From the NCBI GenBank assembly GCA_963921275.4, contig OZ001293.3, positions 2,464,001-2,528,000 on the forward strand: a stretch of 64,000 nucleotides of DNA, written 5' to 3'. Position numbers and translations under genes: made by a program. This document shows positions 63,650 to 64,000 of this stretch, piece after piece. This stretch comes from an uncultured Hormoscilla sp. GTDB taxonomy: Bacteria > Cyanobacteriota > Cyanobacteriia > Cyanobacteriales > Desertifilaceae. Under the pieces are notes generated by a model that saw only the letters and a list, made by a program, of their open reading frames with translations, was not told where the DNA came from and did not search any database. Numbering within the stretch: position 1 is the first letter of the stretch; each line of letters opens with the position of its first letter.

Positions 63650-64000
63650 ATGAAGCTATCCAAGAACAACTTAGACCAGCGGTTATCTCATTTATACGAT
63701 GCGATCGTGGTTGGGGGTGGTGCCGGGGGACTGTCAGCTGCGATTTACCTACAGCGATATCGCCTGGACTGTTTGGCGATTGAAAAAGGGCGGGGGCGTT
63801 CTTTCTGGATGCAGGACTTGAGAAATTACCTGGGTTTGCCTCCAGATACAGCAGGATGTACCATGCTGCAACCGGGAGAGAAACATTTTCTCTCTCTCAA
63901 TGGTGATTATCTGCGGGGTTATGTAGAAGAAGTCTCCGATGAGGGCGAAACTTTTGCAGTTAAGGTTAAGGTTGGTAAGAAGGATAGCATTTATCGAGTA
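63650..64000 (+). CDS. NAD(P)/FAD-dependent oxidoreductase (thioredoxin reductase-like), 3'-partial
   Basis: Manual translation YDAIVVGGGAGGLSAAIYL..NYLG. Confidence 0.85.
   Translation, partial: MKLSKNNLDQRLSHLYDAIVVGGGAGGLSAAIYLQRYRLDCLAIEKGRGRSFWMQDLRNYLGLPPDTAGCTMLQPGEKHFLSLNGDYLRGYVEEVSDEGETFAVKVKVGKKDSIYRV

Overview
Cyanobacterial chromosomal window (very frequent HIP1 GCGATCGC; apcD, crtB/pds, polA, lpxD, dprA, gdhA, aroQ, cinA, glyA, rpsF) from a genome in active decay, with many pseudogenes, deletion-fusions, IS remnants and MITEs. The LRR/TPR/ankyrin genes plus this decay suggest a host-associated lineage (inference). The main structure missed by the ORF track is a family of ORF-less group IIB introns: two near-identical copies (12528-13361 +, 54775-55609 +) and a diverged sister with different exon-binding sites (24772-25642 -). 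Their EBS/IBS pairings can be read from the sequence. One subfamily's EBS match a dispersed palindromic repeat, and host-frame reconstruction puts the 3' splice site one base past the canonical position. A separate, dead RT-encoding intron fragment lies next to one copy. A second system is a set of 17-45 nt GC-rich micro-elements inserted at HIP1 or near-HIP1 sites, which frameshift or remodel core genes (nblB, rlmD, pds, polA). The window opens with part of a DUF6603-type locus of unknown function. All calls are by eye; no searches were run.
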